From IMG/VR virus record IMGVR_UViG_3300028048_000003: 64,000 bases of DNA, one strand, 5' to 3'. The translations under genes and the position numbers were made by a program. The DNA is from a virus. Numbering within the stretch: the stretch's first letter is position 1; each line of letters starts with the position of its first letter. The notes under the pieces were generated by a model. That model was not told where the DNA came from. It made no database searches and worked only from the letters and a program-made list of their open reading frames with translations. This document shows positions 53,727-62,132 of the stretch, in pieces.

Positions 53727-54139
53727 GTAAGAGAGTTTCAGTAGTATTCCCTGGGCTTATCGGGGACTATGTAGAAAAACGTATGAACCAGCTTGGACTC
53801 ACTCCTAGCCAGTTCCTTCATATCATGGTTATCAGGGATTTAATCAGACCATTGACCATCGAAGAAGCTGGCATCCTGAGTATCGGCGTAGGCCGTATGA
53901 AGTCAGGTGGTAGTGCGGAACAGGTTATCGCTGGACTTGCCCCGCTATTCGAGAGAGAAGGTTACTCCAAAAAGCAGGAAGAGGAAGAGCCTTTAGGAGA
54001 CGAGGACGTAAAGAAGGTGGTTAGCGACATTCTTGCCGAGCCAATCCCAGAACCGTCAAAGGCAGAAGAAAAGCCAAAACAGACCGTAGAGAAACACCAA
54101 GACGAGCCTAAAATGGGGAATATGACAGGCTACATCTGA
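53723..54139 (+). CDS. ParR-like adaptor (RHH-type N-terminus, acidic tail)
   Basis: Overlaps the parM stop. The N-terminus MSKRVSVVFPGLIGDYVEKRMNQLG is RHH-like. Assignment rests on its position downstream of parM. Confidence 0.45.
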   Translation: MSKRVSVVFPGLIGDYVEKRMNQLGLTPSQFLHIMVIRDLIRPLTIEEAGILSIGVGRMKSGGSAEQVIAGLAPLFEREGYSKKQEEEEPLGDEDVKKVVSDILAEPIPEPSKAEEKPKQTVEKHQDEPKMGNMTGYI

Positions 54140-54156
54140 AAATAGGCAAAAAAATA

Positions 54157-54185
54157 AGGGGACTGCGAAAGCAGCCCTCTTTTTA
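54157..54185. terminator. bidirectional intrinsic terminator
   Basis: GGGGaCTGC-gaaa-GCAGCCCt with A-rich and T-rich flanks, between convergent genes. Confidence 0.7.
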
Positions 54186-54632
54186 TGTGAGTTTGTTTTT
54201 TCTCTTCGTCGGATATAAAGCGAATACGGCTTTTTCGAGGTCAGATGCAAGGTTTTTCTCCTCTGCTTCTTTTTCTAGCCGTAATTTTTCCTCGATTTGT
54301 TTCTTCTTATAAGCGGCGTAACCTCTTACTAAATAGTCGCTGCCCTCTCTTGTGTGAATCCATTTTTCTACTTCGGCAGGGAGTGACACAAGTTGTTCCG
54401 AAACACTAGCTTCTCCCAGCAGCATATCGACAGGGATATTCATGCCCTCTGCGGCTTTGATAATGTTTTTAAGATAGACACGGCTACCCTTCATCGCTTG
54501 CAGGTATTGTGGTTTCCAGCCAATGCTACGACAAAACTCGGCGGCAGAGATTTTATGCTGCTTAGTATATCTCTTAATAGTCTCAAACAGATAATCTCCG
54601 CTAATGTGTGTTGATTTACTATGCTTTATCAT
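54183..54632 (-). CDS. XRE-family HTH repressor-like protein
   Basis: N-terminal HTH (KISAAEFCRSIGWKPQYLQAMKG) with a coiled-coil C-terminus. Confidence 0.6.
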   Translation of the reverse strand: MIKHSKSTHISGDYLFETIKRYTKQHKISAAEFCRSIGWKPQYLQAMKGSRVYLKNIIKAAEGMNIPVDMLLGEASVSEQLVSLPAEVEKWIHTREGSDYLVRGYAAYKKKQIEEKLRLEKEAEEKNLASDLEKAVFALYPTKRKNKLT

Positions 54633-54862
54633 CTAAACACACTCCTTGCCAAAAAATAATACAACGTTCAATCGCATGTTATCCATACATATAATATTTA
54701 CTTTGTCCTAGTATGAAAAGCAACGAAATTTATTTGTCGCAATATGATAATATGCTTTTATTTCATAACCAGTCAGATAACATCGTAGAACGTCACAAGA
54801 CTCTATCTACATTATATTGAATAGTAAGAGAATCCGCAAGACCTAAATACTGCTAGTTAATA

Positions 54863-56722
54863 TTAAATAATACTCCTAAATTTGTTGCCAACAACAGACA
54901 TCCGATAGATTTTGTTCGTATCGATTGGTACATAAACACTATTAAACATTACCATATCATGCTGAGTTCCATCGGGGCATTCCAGAGTGAAGAACATCAT
55001 AGGCTTACCGTTTTTCTGTTTCCAATGTTTGATACGACGCACAACGCCAAGGACGATGCGGACGTTATTATCCTGCTCATCGGGGACTTGGTATTTACTT
55101 GTATCATAGTCAGCGAAGATATTCTCAAAGGTCATGCCGAGCACTTCAAGCTCCCCTGCTCTGTTGTCAAAGTCGGTGTCTGTGGCTTCAACCTCTTTGA
55201 TTTTCTGCTCAATATCCCAATACTTAGAGCTGTAATCAAGGTATTTCTTATGAGCATCAGACTTTTTCTTCGTTCCGTCCTTCGCCGTCTCGTAGATAGC
55301 CTTATTCTTCTCGATTCGTTCCTTGGTCGTTTCCAGTTGCTTGTTGAGCTTATCGAGGACACCGCTCTGATAAAGAACCTGTAAAAGCTCGCTCCTATCT
55401 CCTAAGAAGTCCAGCGCACCAGCCTTGATAAGATTCTCCACTTTGTCCTTCGGAAGTTTCTTGTAGCTCTGATAGTCAAGGGGAACAGGAATATCGCCGA
55501 TACCAGAAATGTAGTTGATAGCCATTCTGATAGCCTTTTTGCCGTCATCTTTGACAACCACTTGCCAATCACATGTAGTAGAACGCGCATCGGGAGGAAG
55601 AATCTCTACGCCATGCCTACGAGCGTCGTTGATATACACCAGCAAATCCTCCTGCTTGTCTCCGTTGTACGCATTGAGATAGGCGCAAAGGAACTCAGCA
55701 GGATAGTGTGCCTTGAGATATGCCGTCTGATAGCATGTGTAACCGTATGCGGCGCTGTGCGACTTATTGAACTGATACGCGGCAGCGTTAGAGAGCCATT
55801 CTGCTAGTTTTTGAGCGACCTCAGAGCTTACACCACGCTTCTCACAATCACTCACAAACTGAGGAACAAGTTTAGCCATCTCCTCTGGAATCTTTCTACC
55901 GATAGCACGACGGAACACATCTGCCTGTCCTAAATCATATCCTGCCATAGCCTGTACAATCTGCATCGCCTGTTCCTGATAGAGCATGACACCATAAGTA
56001 TCTTTCAAGCAAGTCTCTACCCAAGGATGGATATAAGTAAACGGCTTTCCCTTTCTCCGATTAGTAAACTCATCAACCATACCACTCTGAATAGTGCTAG
56101 GACGATACAACGCCACCAGCGGCACAATATCGAACACACTTTGAGGTTTAATATCTTGAATGATTTTTCTCATACCACCAGATTCAATCTGAAAGCATCC
56201 GAGAACATCGTCATGGTTCAGCATATCGAAGGTAGCTTCATCCGTATCAGGAAGGTTGTCTACGTCCACAGACGCGCCGTAGCGTGCCTCTACCATCTTA
56301 CAGGTATTATCTATCACGTCGAGGGTTTTGATGCCCAGAACGTCCTCTTTGAGCAGCCCCATAGCTTCGAGGTCGTGATACTCATAGGCACACACATAAT
56401 CATCGCCCTGTTTTTCGATAGCGCACCACTCCGTAGGCTCACTAGGGAACAACATGACAGCACTTGCATGACATCCATAGTTCTGAATGACACCAACATA
56501 CTTTAACGCGAGGTCTTTCAATCGTCCATCCGTCTGCTCCTCGATAGTTTTAGGGAGATTGCGAATCGCAGAAGGTTCATAACCAAGACTTCTAGCCGCT
56601 CTCTGAATCGCTGCTCTCTCACCCATAAGACCAAAGGTGCGAACGTGATATACTTCGTGATACTTATCTACAAGATACTGGATAGCATCACCGCGCCTAC
56701 TATTGGGAACATCCGTGTCAAT
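54863..56722 (-). CDS. dnaE: DNA polymerase III alpha subunit, exon 2
   Basis: Starts IDTDVPNS (equivalent to PDIDIDF). Also contains QIESGGMR, LYQEQAMQI and FNKSHSAAYGY blocks and an OB-fold C-terminus. Confidence 0.85.
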   Translation of the reverse strand: MDTDVPNSRRGDAIQYLVDKYHEVYHVRTFGLMGERAAIQRAARSLGYEPSAIRNLPKTIEEQTDGRLKDLALKYVGVIQNYGCHASAVMLFPSEPTEWCAIEKQGDDYVCAYEYHDLEAMGLLKEDVLGIKTLDVIDNTCKMVEARYGASVDVDNLPDTDEATFDMLNHDDVLGCFQIESGGMRKIIQDIKPQSVFDIVPLVALYRPSTIQSGMVDEFTNRRKGKPFTYIHPWVETCLKDTYGVMLYQEQAMQIVQAMAGYDLGQADVFRRAIGRKIPEEMAKLVPQFVSDCEKRGVSSEVAQKLAEWLSNAAAYQFNKSHSAAYGYTCYQTAYLKAHYPAEFLCAYLNAYNGDKQEDLLVYINDARRHGVEILPPDARSTTCDWQVVVKDDGKKAIRMAINYISGIGDIPVPLDYQSYKKLPKDKVENLIKAGALDFLGDRSELLQVLYQSGVLDKLNKQLETTKERIEKNKAIYETAKDGTKKKSDAHKKYLDYSSKYWDIEQKIKEVEATDTDFDNRAGELEVLGMTFENIFADYDTSKYQVPDEQDNNVRIVLGVVRRIKHWKQKNGKPMMFFTLECPDGTQHDMVMFNSVYVPIDTNKIYRMSVVGNKFRSII

Positions 56723-57709
56723 CATTACTACCCCATGTCACCATAGGGATTAGACTATCTCTTCACCATGCCTTACGGTTTAGGTGTCTCGCACTTCGAG
56801 GTGTAGCAAAATCACCCCTACGCTCCTTTGAGCTAGTCGTTACACTTTATTATCTCACAATCATTACTCTTATGATACTTATTTATTCCACTAAAAGAAG
56901 CCCCAAGTTGCTCGGCTGCGTACTTTGACGCGGCATATATCGACTTGAAGCTCTTAATGAATTTGCCGTTTTTATATAGTTTACACTTAACAAAATTTCT
57001 GACAAACCCCAAAGATGAATTTTTAAGATTTCCCCTTCGGTCTGTCCACCTCAAATTAGAAGCATTATTGTTCAATACGTTGCGGTCTATGTGGTCTACT
57101 TCTGGTAGGTTTTTGGGATTAGGAATGAATGTTTTTGCTACCAATCTATGTACAGAATAGTGTTTACTTCTCTCCTTGCCATGTGTCATACTTACATATA
57201 GGTATGGAGAAGTTCTACTACTTCTTGGAATTAAAAAAGTGCAAGTTCTGTAAGATAGTATCTTCCCAGTTTTATTGATAGCATAGTTTTCTTCAAACCC
57301 CTTAACAGGAACAAACCCATCAGGAAGTAACTCTGGAAAATTAAGCCATATAGCTTTGTTTATGTTATACGTTTTAGAGTTATCTTTATCGTGTAAAATG
57401 ACTCTATATAGCTTACCTTTACCTCGTGGCGGTGCTATTTTTATAGGCCGCATTGTCTCTTTTCTATATATTTTTCCGCTTCTTGATATTAAGTATTTGT
57501 TTTCAAACCCCTTAAACGGACGTAGTTTTTCCATACAACCACTCCTCTCAGAGCGATTGCGAGATAATCTTAGCACGGTATTGTCTATACCCTCCGATGT
57601 ACAAGGATATAGAGTTCCACCGTTAGCCCTTATAAAAGGACACCCGCTTGCAATAACGGTTCACGAGAATTAACACCGCCTGTTTCCAGACGGCTCGACA
57701 TTAATGTTT
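56723..57709 (-). mobile_element. group I intron (987 nt) carrying an HNH homing endonuclease
   Basis: P1 pairs exon CAGAU with intron GUCUG (U-G wobble), and the intron ends in G. Splicing gives ...ERFAHDKRSSSAD/IDTDV..., the same length as the canonical ERFLNPERVSMPD/IDIDF. It shares core blocks with the nrdD introns. Confidence 0.75.
56833..57534 (-). CDS. HNH homing endonuclease (two NUMOD4-like repeats plus an HNH_3-like motif)
   Basis: FKGFENKYLISRSGKIY and VKGFEENYAINKTGKIL, followed by EVDHIDRNVLNNNASNLRW. ATG after GAGAGGAG. Confidence 0.8.
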   Translation of the reverse strand: MEKLRPFKGFENKYLISRSGKIYRKETMRPIKIAPPRGKGKLYRVILHDKDNSKTYNINKAIWLNFPELLPDGFVPVKGFEENYAINKTGKILSYRTCTFLIPRSSRTSPYLYVSMTHGKERSKHYSVHRLVAKTFIPNPKNLPEVDHIDRNVLNNNASNLRWTDRRGNLKNSSLGFVRNFVKCKLYKNGKFIKSFKSIYAASKYAAEQLGASFSGINKYHKSNDCEIIKCND

Positions 57710-58930
57710 ATCTGCTGAAGAAGAGCGTTTGTCGTGTGCAAATCTCTCGAAGATAAGCCCGTACTTGATAGGGTCAATGCGTGTAATGTCCATGAGGTAA
57801 GCAACAAGACAGCCGCCGACACTACCGCGACCAATACCTGTCCTGATACCGAGATTATGGCAGCCGCGAACAAAGTCCTCTGTCATAAGCATGTAGTTTG
57901 TATAGTCAATCTTATCGAGAACCTTGATTTCATGGTCAATCTGAGCCTTGTACTTGGGATATTCTGACTCAGGAACATGACCTACAACCTTCTTTTTGAA
58001 GCCATCCGCAACCAGCTTGCACATTTGAGAGAGTGGCGTTTCGCCTTTCGGAACTTCAAAGACAGGGTAATGCTTCTCACCGAAGGGAATCTCCACCTGT
58101 TCACACTTAGAAGCTACGCGCTCAGTCTCCTCGATTAGCTCATTCACGATAGTATTATCAAGATAACTCAGGCTGTTTCTCACTTGCTGTTCGGAGTGGA
58201 TATAATAATCGTCCGTTTGGTAATAGTCGCTGTCTTCACCAATCCCCAACCATTTCCTATGCGTGTCCGCTTCGTCTTTGTTGACATAGTGGGAATCCTC
58301 GGTAACGTAAGCTGAAATGCCTAAGTCTGTGGCAAGGTCAATCATATTCTTATTGTATTCCTTTTGTCTATCATCCGTGGCGCATTGTACCTCTACATAG
58401 AAGTCCTCTCCAAAAGCGTTCTGAAAGGTCTTGGCACGGTCATAAGCAAGGTCATAGTCCCATTCATCACCGTTTCGAGGATTGAGAATACCACCCATGC
58501 AGGCAGAAGAAACAATCAGCCCTTCTTTGTGAGCGATAATGTCCTCAGTTGTAAGTCTCATAGTGTAGAAGAAATTATCAGGTTTGTTCCCTTTGTCACC
58601 ATACCCAATCGTTGCTAATCGGAGAAGATTATGATAGCCTGTTTCGTTCTTAGCTAAAAGGATAATGTGACAGCTCTCTTTGCGGTCTTTGATGTAGTAG
58701 TTAGGAATCCAGTAACCCTCCATGCCAAAGATAAACTTGATAGAGGTGTTATGCTCCTTATTGTACTTCTTTGTTTCCTTGTATGCCTCCATCAATCCGC
58801 TCGTTGTACCGTGGTCTGTCAGCGCCCAAGCGTTCTGTTGAAGCTCTCCGATTCGAGAAACCATATCAGGAATCTTTGCGATGGCATCTCTCTTTGAATA
58901 ATGACTGTGCCTATGTAACCCTACGAACAT
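57710..58930 (-). CDS. dnaE: DNA polymerase III alpha subunit, exon 1 (PHP domain)
   Basis: Starts MFVGLHRHSHYS (PHP). 407 codons, ending ...GLIFERFAHDKRSSSAD. Confidence 0.85.
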
Positions 58931-59643
58931 TTCAACCTCTCCTCCGCAATATTAAAATACTCATCGTTCTGTTCCCAGCCGATATAGTTCCTATTTGTGT
59001 TCTTAGCCGCAACAGCAGTAGTACCGCTACCCATAAAAGGGTCAAGGATTACCCCCCCATCGTCCGTGTAAGTCTTGATGAAATACTCACAAAGGCTAAC
59101 AGGTTTTTGCGTAGGATGAAGAGTCTTTCCGAACGCACTTCTCCATGACACTTTTAGAACATCGCGAGGAAATCTTGTACCAGTAGTGTTTTCACTACGG
59201 AAACGTTTCACCGCATTATAGTTACTACTATTTTTGTCTTCCAGCCCACGCCGATACGGCTTACCGTGCTCCATAATAGGGTGATAGACAGGCAACTTAT
59301 CATAAAACACTAAGACGTTCTCATGACATTTCATTGGCATACGCCTAGCGTTTAGAAAACCTGTTGGGTTCGCTTTCTCACAAATCCATTCATATCGAAA
59401 CATTTTAGGATTGGACATAACTGCCGTTGCCGTAAATGGCATCTGAGTGAAAATGAGAATGGCAGAATTTTTCTTTGTCACCCTCTTAATTTCTTTCCAG
59501 AACGCATCCATATCAACAACCGTGTCCCATTTATTTTGTGTCGTACCGTAAGGAGGGTCAGTCAACACCATGTCAACTGAGTTATCTGGCAGAATCTTCA
59601 TTCCCTCGATACAGTCACCGTGATAGATAATATTCTTTTCCAT
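58921..59643 (-). CDS. DNA methyltransferase (N6-adenine/N4-cytosine class, DPPY)
   Basis: VLTDPPYGT lies before ILDPFMGSGTT, the beta-class motif order. Confidence 0.8.
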   Translation of the reverse strand: MEKNIIYHGDCIEGMKILPDNSVDMVLTDPPYGTTQNKWDTVVDMDAFWKEIKRVTKKNSAILIFTQMPFTATAVMSNPKMFRYEWICEKANPTGFLNARRMPMKCHENVLVFYDKLPVYHPIMEHGKPYRRGLEDKNSSNYNAVKRFRSENTTGTRFPRDVLKVSWRSAFGKTLHPTQKPVSLCEYFIKTYTDDGGVILDPFMGSGTTAVAAKNTNRNYIGWEQNDEYFNIAEERLKCS

Positions 59644-59673
59644 ACAAAAAAAAGAAGGAAGCTCTCGCTCCCC

Positions 59674-59856
59674 TCAGCAGACAACCCCGATAGCAGAGTT
59701 GAATCCGCACTTATATCCCTTTGTCGCTGCCTTGAGGGCTTCTTGAGCCTCGTGCAACGTCTTATAGCGTCCTACATGGTGCTTCTGCCTTACACCGATA
59801 CCGACACGCCATTTACCTCTCTCTGTATCAAACCAAATCACGCCATCTTTACGCAA
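59674..59856 (-). CDS. AP2-domain-like small DNA-binding protein (60 aa)
   Basis: VIWFDTERGKWRVGIGVRQKHHVGRYKTLHEAQEA resembles the AP2/HNH-associated motif. Confidence 0.45.
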   Translation of the reverse strand: MRKDGVIWFDTERGKWRVGIGVRQKHHVGRYKTLHEAQEALKAATKGYKCGFNSAIGVVC

Positions 59857-59867
59857 GCAAATCTCTC

Positions 59868-60068
59868 CTAATCATCTTCATGTAGCATCTCGTACATACG
59901 TCTCCACCTTCTGCCCTGTCTGCAATTCTTCCACGCTCCATCGCGTTTCCAAGGGTCACCAGTACACTTACCGTTCACCCAATAGATACAGGCAAGACAG
60001 AAACACCACTTGTCGCAAGCGTTCTCTATACACCTACGACAGAACCGTTTCAACGCACAACTAAACAT
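59868..60068 (-). CDS. Cys-rich small protein (66 aa, 10 Cys)
   Basis: ORF track. Confidence 0.4.
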   Translation of the reverse strand: MFSCALKRFCRRCIENACDKWCFCLACIYWVNGKCTGDPWKRDGAWKNCRQGRRWRRMYEMLHEDD

Positions 60069-60115
60069 ATCGCATCAACTCGTTTTTAGAACCCCGAAGG
60101 GTTCGGTATATTTTG

Positions 60116-60712
60116 TCAAGGAATCATAACTCCACCGACAAGACCAATGCCAGCACCGATAAGGAACGATTCAAACGTCTTTTTATGACGCTTTTTAGCT
60201 TCGTCCTTCTTCACTTGCTTGACTTCTTTGTCTTTCTGCTCGGTGAGTGTCTTTGTATTCTGTTCTACGGCAGTTTGCACTTCACGTTCAACAATAGGAG
60301 TCACATCGAGAGTAGTCTTACTAGACTGTTCCACTTTCAGCTTACCCTTGTCAAACTTCTGAGTCTCATTGTCAAGAGTATCAAACGCAGTCTCTTTGCC
60401 GTTGTAGTTAATCACCACTTGCGGCTTATCGGAGCGAATCTCTACGTCAGCGTCGTTAGGAGTCTCCTTCTGGACGTACTGGATAACAGATTCTTTCTGC
60501 GATTCGACAGGGACTTTAACCTCTTTGACCTCAGTAACAACCTTGGGAACTTCCACTCGATTAGCATTGTATTTCTTACACGCTTGCCATCCGCACATGA
60601 AAGAGATAGCGAGGAGAGAAACAATGATGATGCCATAGAGCACCTTATCTTTATTCTCCCATACAGTACCGAGAAAACCAGCAGCCTTGTCCTTGATTTC
60701 CTGCTTATTCAT
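60116..60712 (-). CDS. lysis-cassette membrane protein with a hydrophobic helix near each end
   Basis: ATG at 60712 (or 60721), overlapping the endolysin stop. One hydrophobic helix lies near the N-terminus and another at the extreme C-terminus. Confidence 0.5.
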   Translation of the reverse strand: MNKQEIKDKAAGFLGTVWENKDKVLYGIIIVSLLAISFMCGWQACKKYNANRVEVPKVVTEVKEVKVPVESQKESVIQYVQKETPNDADVEIRSDKPQVVINYNGKETAFDTLDNETQKFDKGKLKVEQSSKTTLDVTPIVEREVQTAVEQNTKTLTEQKDKEVKQVKKDEAKKRHKKTFESFLIGAGIGLVGGVMIP

Positions 60713-61304
60713 AGATAACATCTGCATCAAACTCCTTATCGCCAATGATAGCCTTGTCCGTGTACTGCCACATGAAGCCCTTGATGCCATCCGTACCATC
60801 GTCGTCGGCAGTAGGGTTATACCCATTCTTCCACGCAGCGTTCCATACAGCACAATCGAGTGACTGCCAATCAATGTAGTTGTTCAGCCAGCCCTCCGAA
60901 GCGTATACACCGCAATCAAGTGGGTACATGCAGTTGAGAAAAGCGCGGCAGATACCTGTTACATTATCGCTAGAGAACTCGAAGCCATGCCTAGCCTTGT
61001 AACCGTCAGCATCCTCCATGTCATAGAAGACAGGCAGCTCGAGGAGCACTCCAGACTCGGAGATTACCTCCTTACAGTTATCAGCTTCAATCGTCGCATC
61101 ATACGGCGTAAGGCCATACCCATAGTGATAAGCACCTACTTGCAGACCAACAGCATGAGCACCGTTCACATTTTCGAGAAACCTATCGTCGCGGCCTGTC
61201 TTGCCATAGGAGCACCGCACAATAGCGAAATCATACCCAGCATCCTTCACCGCTTGCCAATCGACAACACCGTTATTCTCCGAAACATCAATACCATATC
61301 TCAT
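60705..61304 (-). CDS. GH25-family muramidase endolysin (catalytic domain only)
   Basis: GIDVSENNGVVDWQAVKDAGYDFAIVR at the N-terminus is typical of GH25. 199 aa, with no obvious cell-wall-binding module. Confidence 0.8.
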   Translation of the reverse strand: MRYGIDVSENNGVVDWQAVKDAGYDFAIVRCSYGKTGRDDRFLENVNGAHAVGLQVGAYHYGYGLTPYDATIEADNCKEVISESGVLLELPVFYDMEDADGYKARHGFEFSSDNVTGICRAFLNCMYPLDCGVYASEGWLNNYIDWQSLDCAVWNAAWKNGYNPTADDDGTDGIKGFMWQYTDKAIIGDKEFDADVIYE

Positions 61305-61317
61305 ACACCATTCTCCT

Positions 61318-61569
61318 TTAACTCCACCAAAGAAACAGACCTAACACAATGCAGACCACGATGATAAGCGGCATAATCTTCCCAATCAGAATTAAGGCAA
61401 GTAATGCCCAAAATGCACCAATGGCGAAAGCATAGTAGACAACACAAAGAACAAACATACAGAACATAGAAAGAAACCAGAGGACGGCTTTTTCAGCCTT
61501 TCTTCCCATCTCTTTCAGTTCCTTGATATGCGGAATCTTGCGAAACAAACTCTTAATCTTATCCATCAA
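61318..61569 (-). CDS. holin-like membrane protein (83 aa)
   Basis: Two transmembrane helices, adjacent to the endolysin. Confidence 0.55.
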   Translation of the reverse strand: MMDKIKSLFRKIPHIKELKEMGRKAEKAVLWFLSMFCMFVLCVVYYAFAIGAFWALLALILIGKIMPLIIVVCIVLGLFLWWS

Positions 61570-61890
61570 TTACCTCCTTACAGGGGGAGCGCCAGTTGGG
61601 CTGTTCAATTCACTATCAATCCGATATTTGCCGAGCGACTGCCTGACAAGACCGTAGATAGAGGGGACAGCGCCGATAACACCAAGTAGTCCCTGCCAAC
61701 AGCTAGACAGCTCGAAGTGATACCCACAAAGACCATTAAGCCAATAACCTACCAGCCAAGAAGTACCCACGCACATGAAAAACAGCCCCCATAGGATAGC
61801 CATGAGAGCTGCACATGTATAGACATTGTTTCTCACCCAATCGGCAGTAGCCAATGCCTTGTTCTTTAGCTTTTCAAAAACCAATGACAA
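61570..61890 (-). CDS. holin-like membrane protein (106 aa)
   Basis: Multiple transmembrane helices and a charged C-terminus. Confidence 0.55.
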   Translation of the reverse strand: MSLVFEKLKNKALATADWVRNNVYTCAALMAILWGLFFMCVGTSWLVGYWLNGLCGYHFELSSCWQGLLGVIGAVPSIYGLVRQSLGKYRIDSELNSPTGAPPVRR

Positions 61891-62128
61891 ATCGGAGCAG
61901 AGTTACGATAAGAGCACCGCCACCAGAAATAACAGCCCAGAAAGCCGTGTTCTTATTCTTCTCAAGCTCTCCAACCCTCCTTTCAAGGTCACTCATCTCA
62001 GAACGATAGACTTCCTTCGATGGGTACAGACTAGGCAAATCAGATTTTAAGTCGTTGAGACTAGCAAGAATCTCCGAAGACTGTTCCTCTAATCTTTTCA
62101 GCCTGTACTCAAGCGTTTCTTGTTCCAA
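61874..62128 (-). CDS. XhlA-like lysis accessory protein
   Basis: Coiled-coil N-terminus plus a single C-terminal transmembrane helix, upstream of the holins. Confidence 0.55.
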   Translation of the reverse strand: MEQETLEYRLKRLEEQSSEILASLNDLKSDLPSLYPSKEVYRSEMSDLERRVGELEKNKNTAFWAVISGGGALIVTLLRFVIGF

Positions 62129-62132
62129 TCAA

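Noticed and set aside
54863-58930. Treating the two dnaE fragments as a naturally split two-gene polymerase, or as a split intein.
   Set aside because: No intein blocks (Cys/Ser ... HN) occur at the junction. The intervening 987 nt has group I features and a free-standing HNH gene with its own ribosome-binding site.
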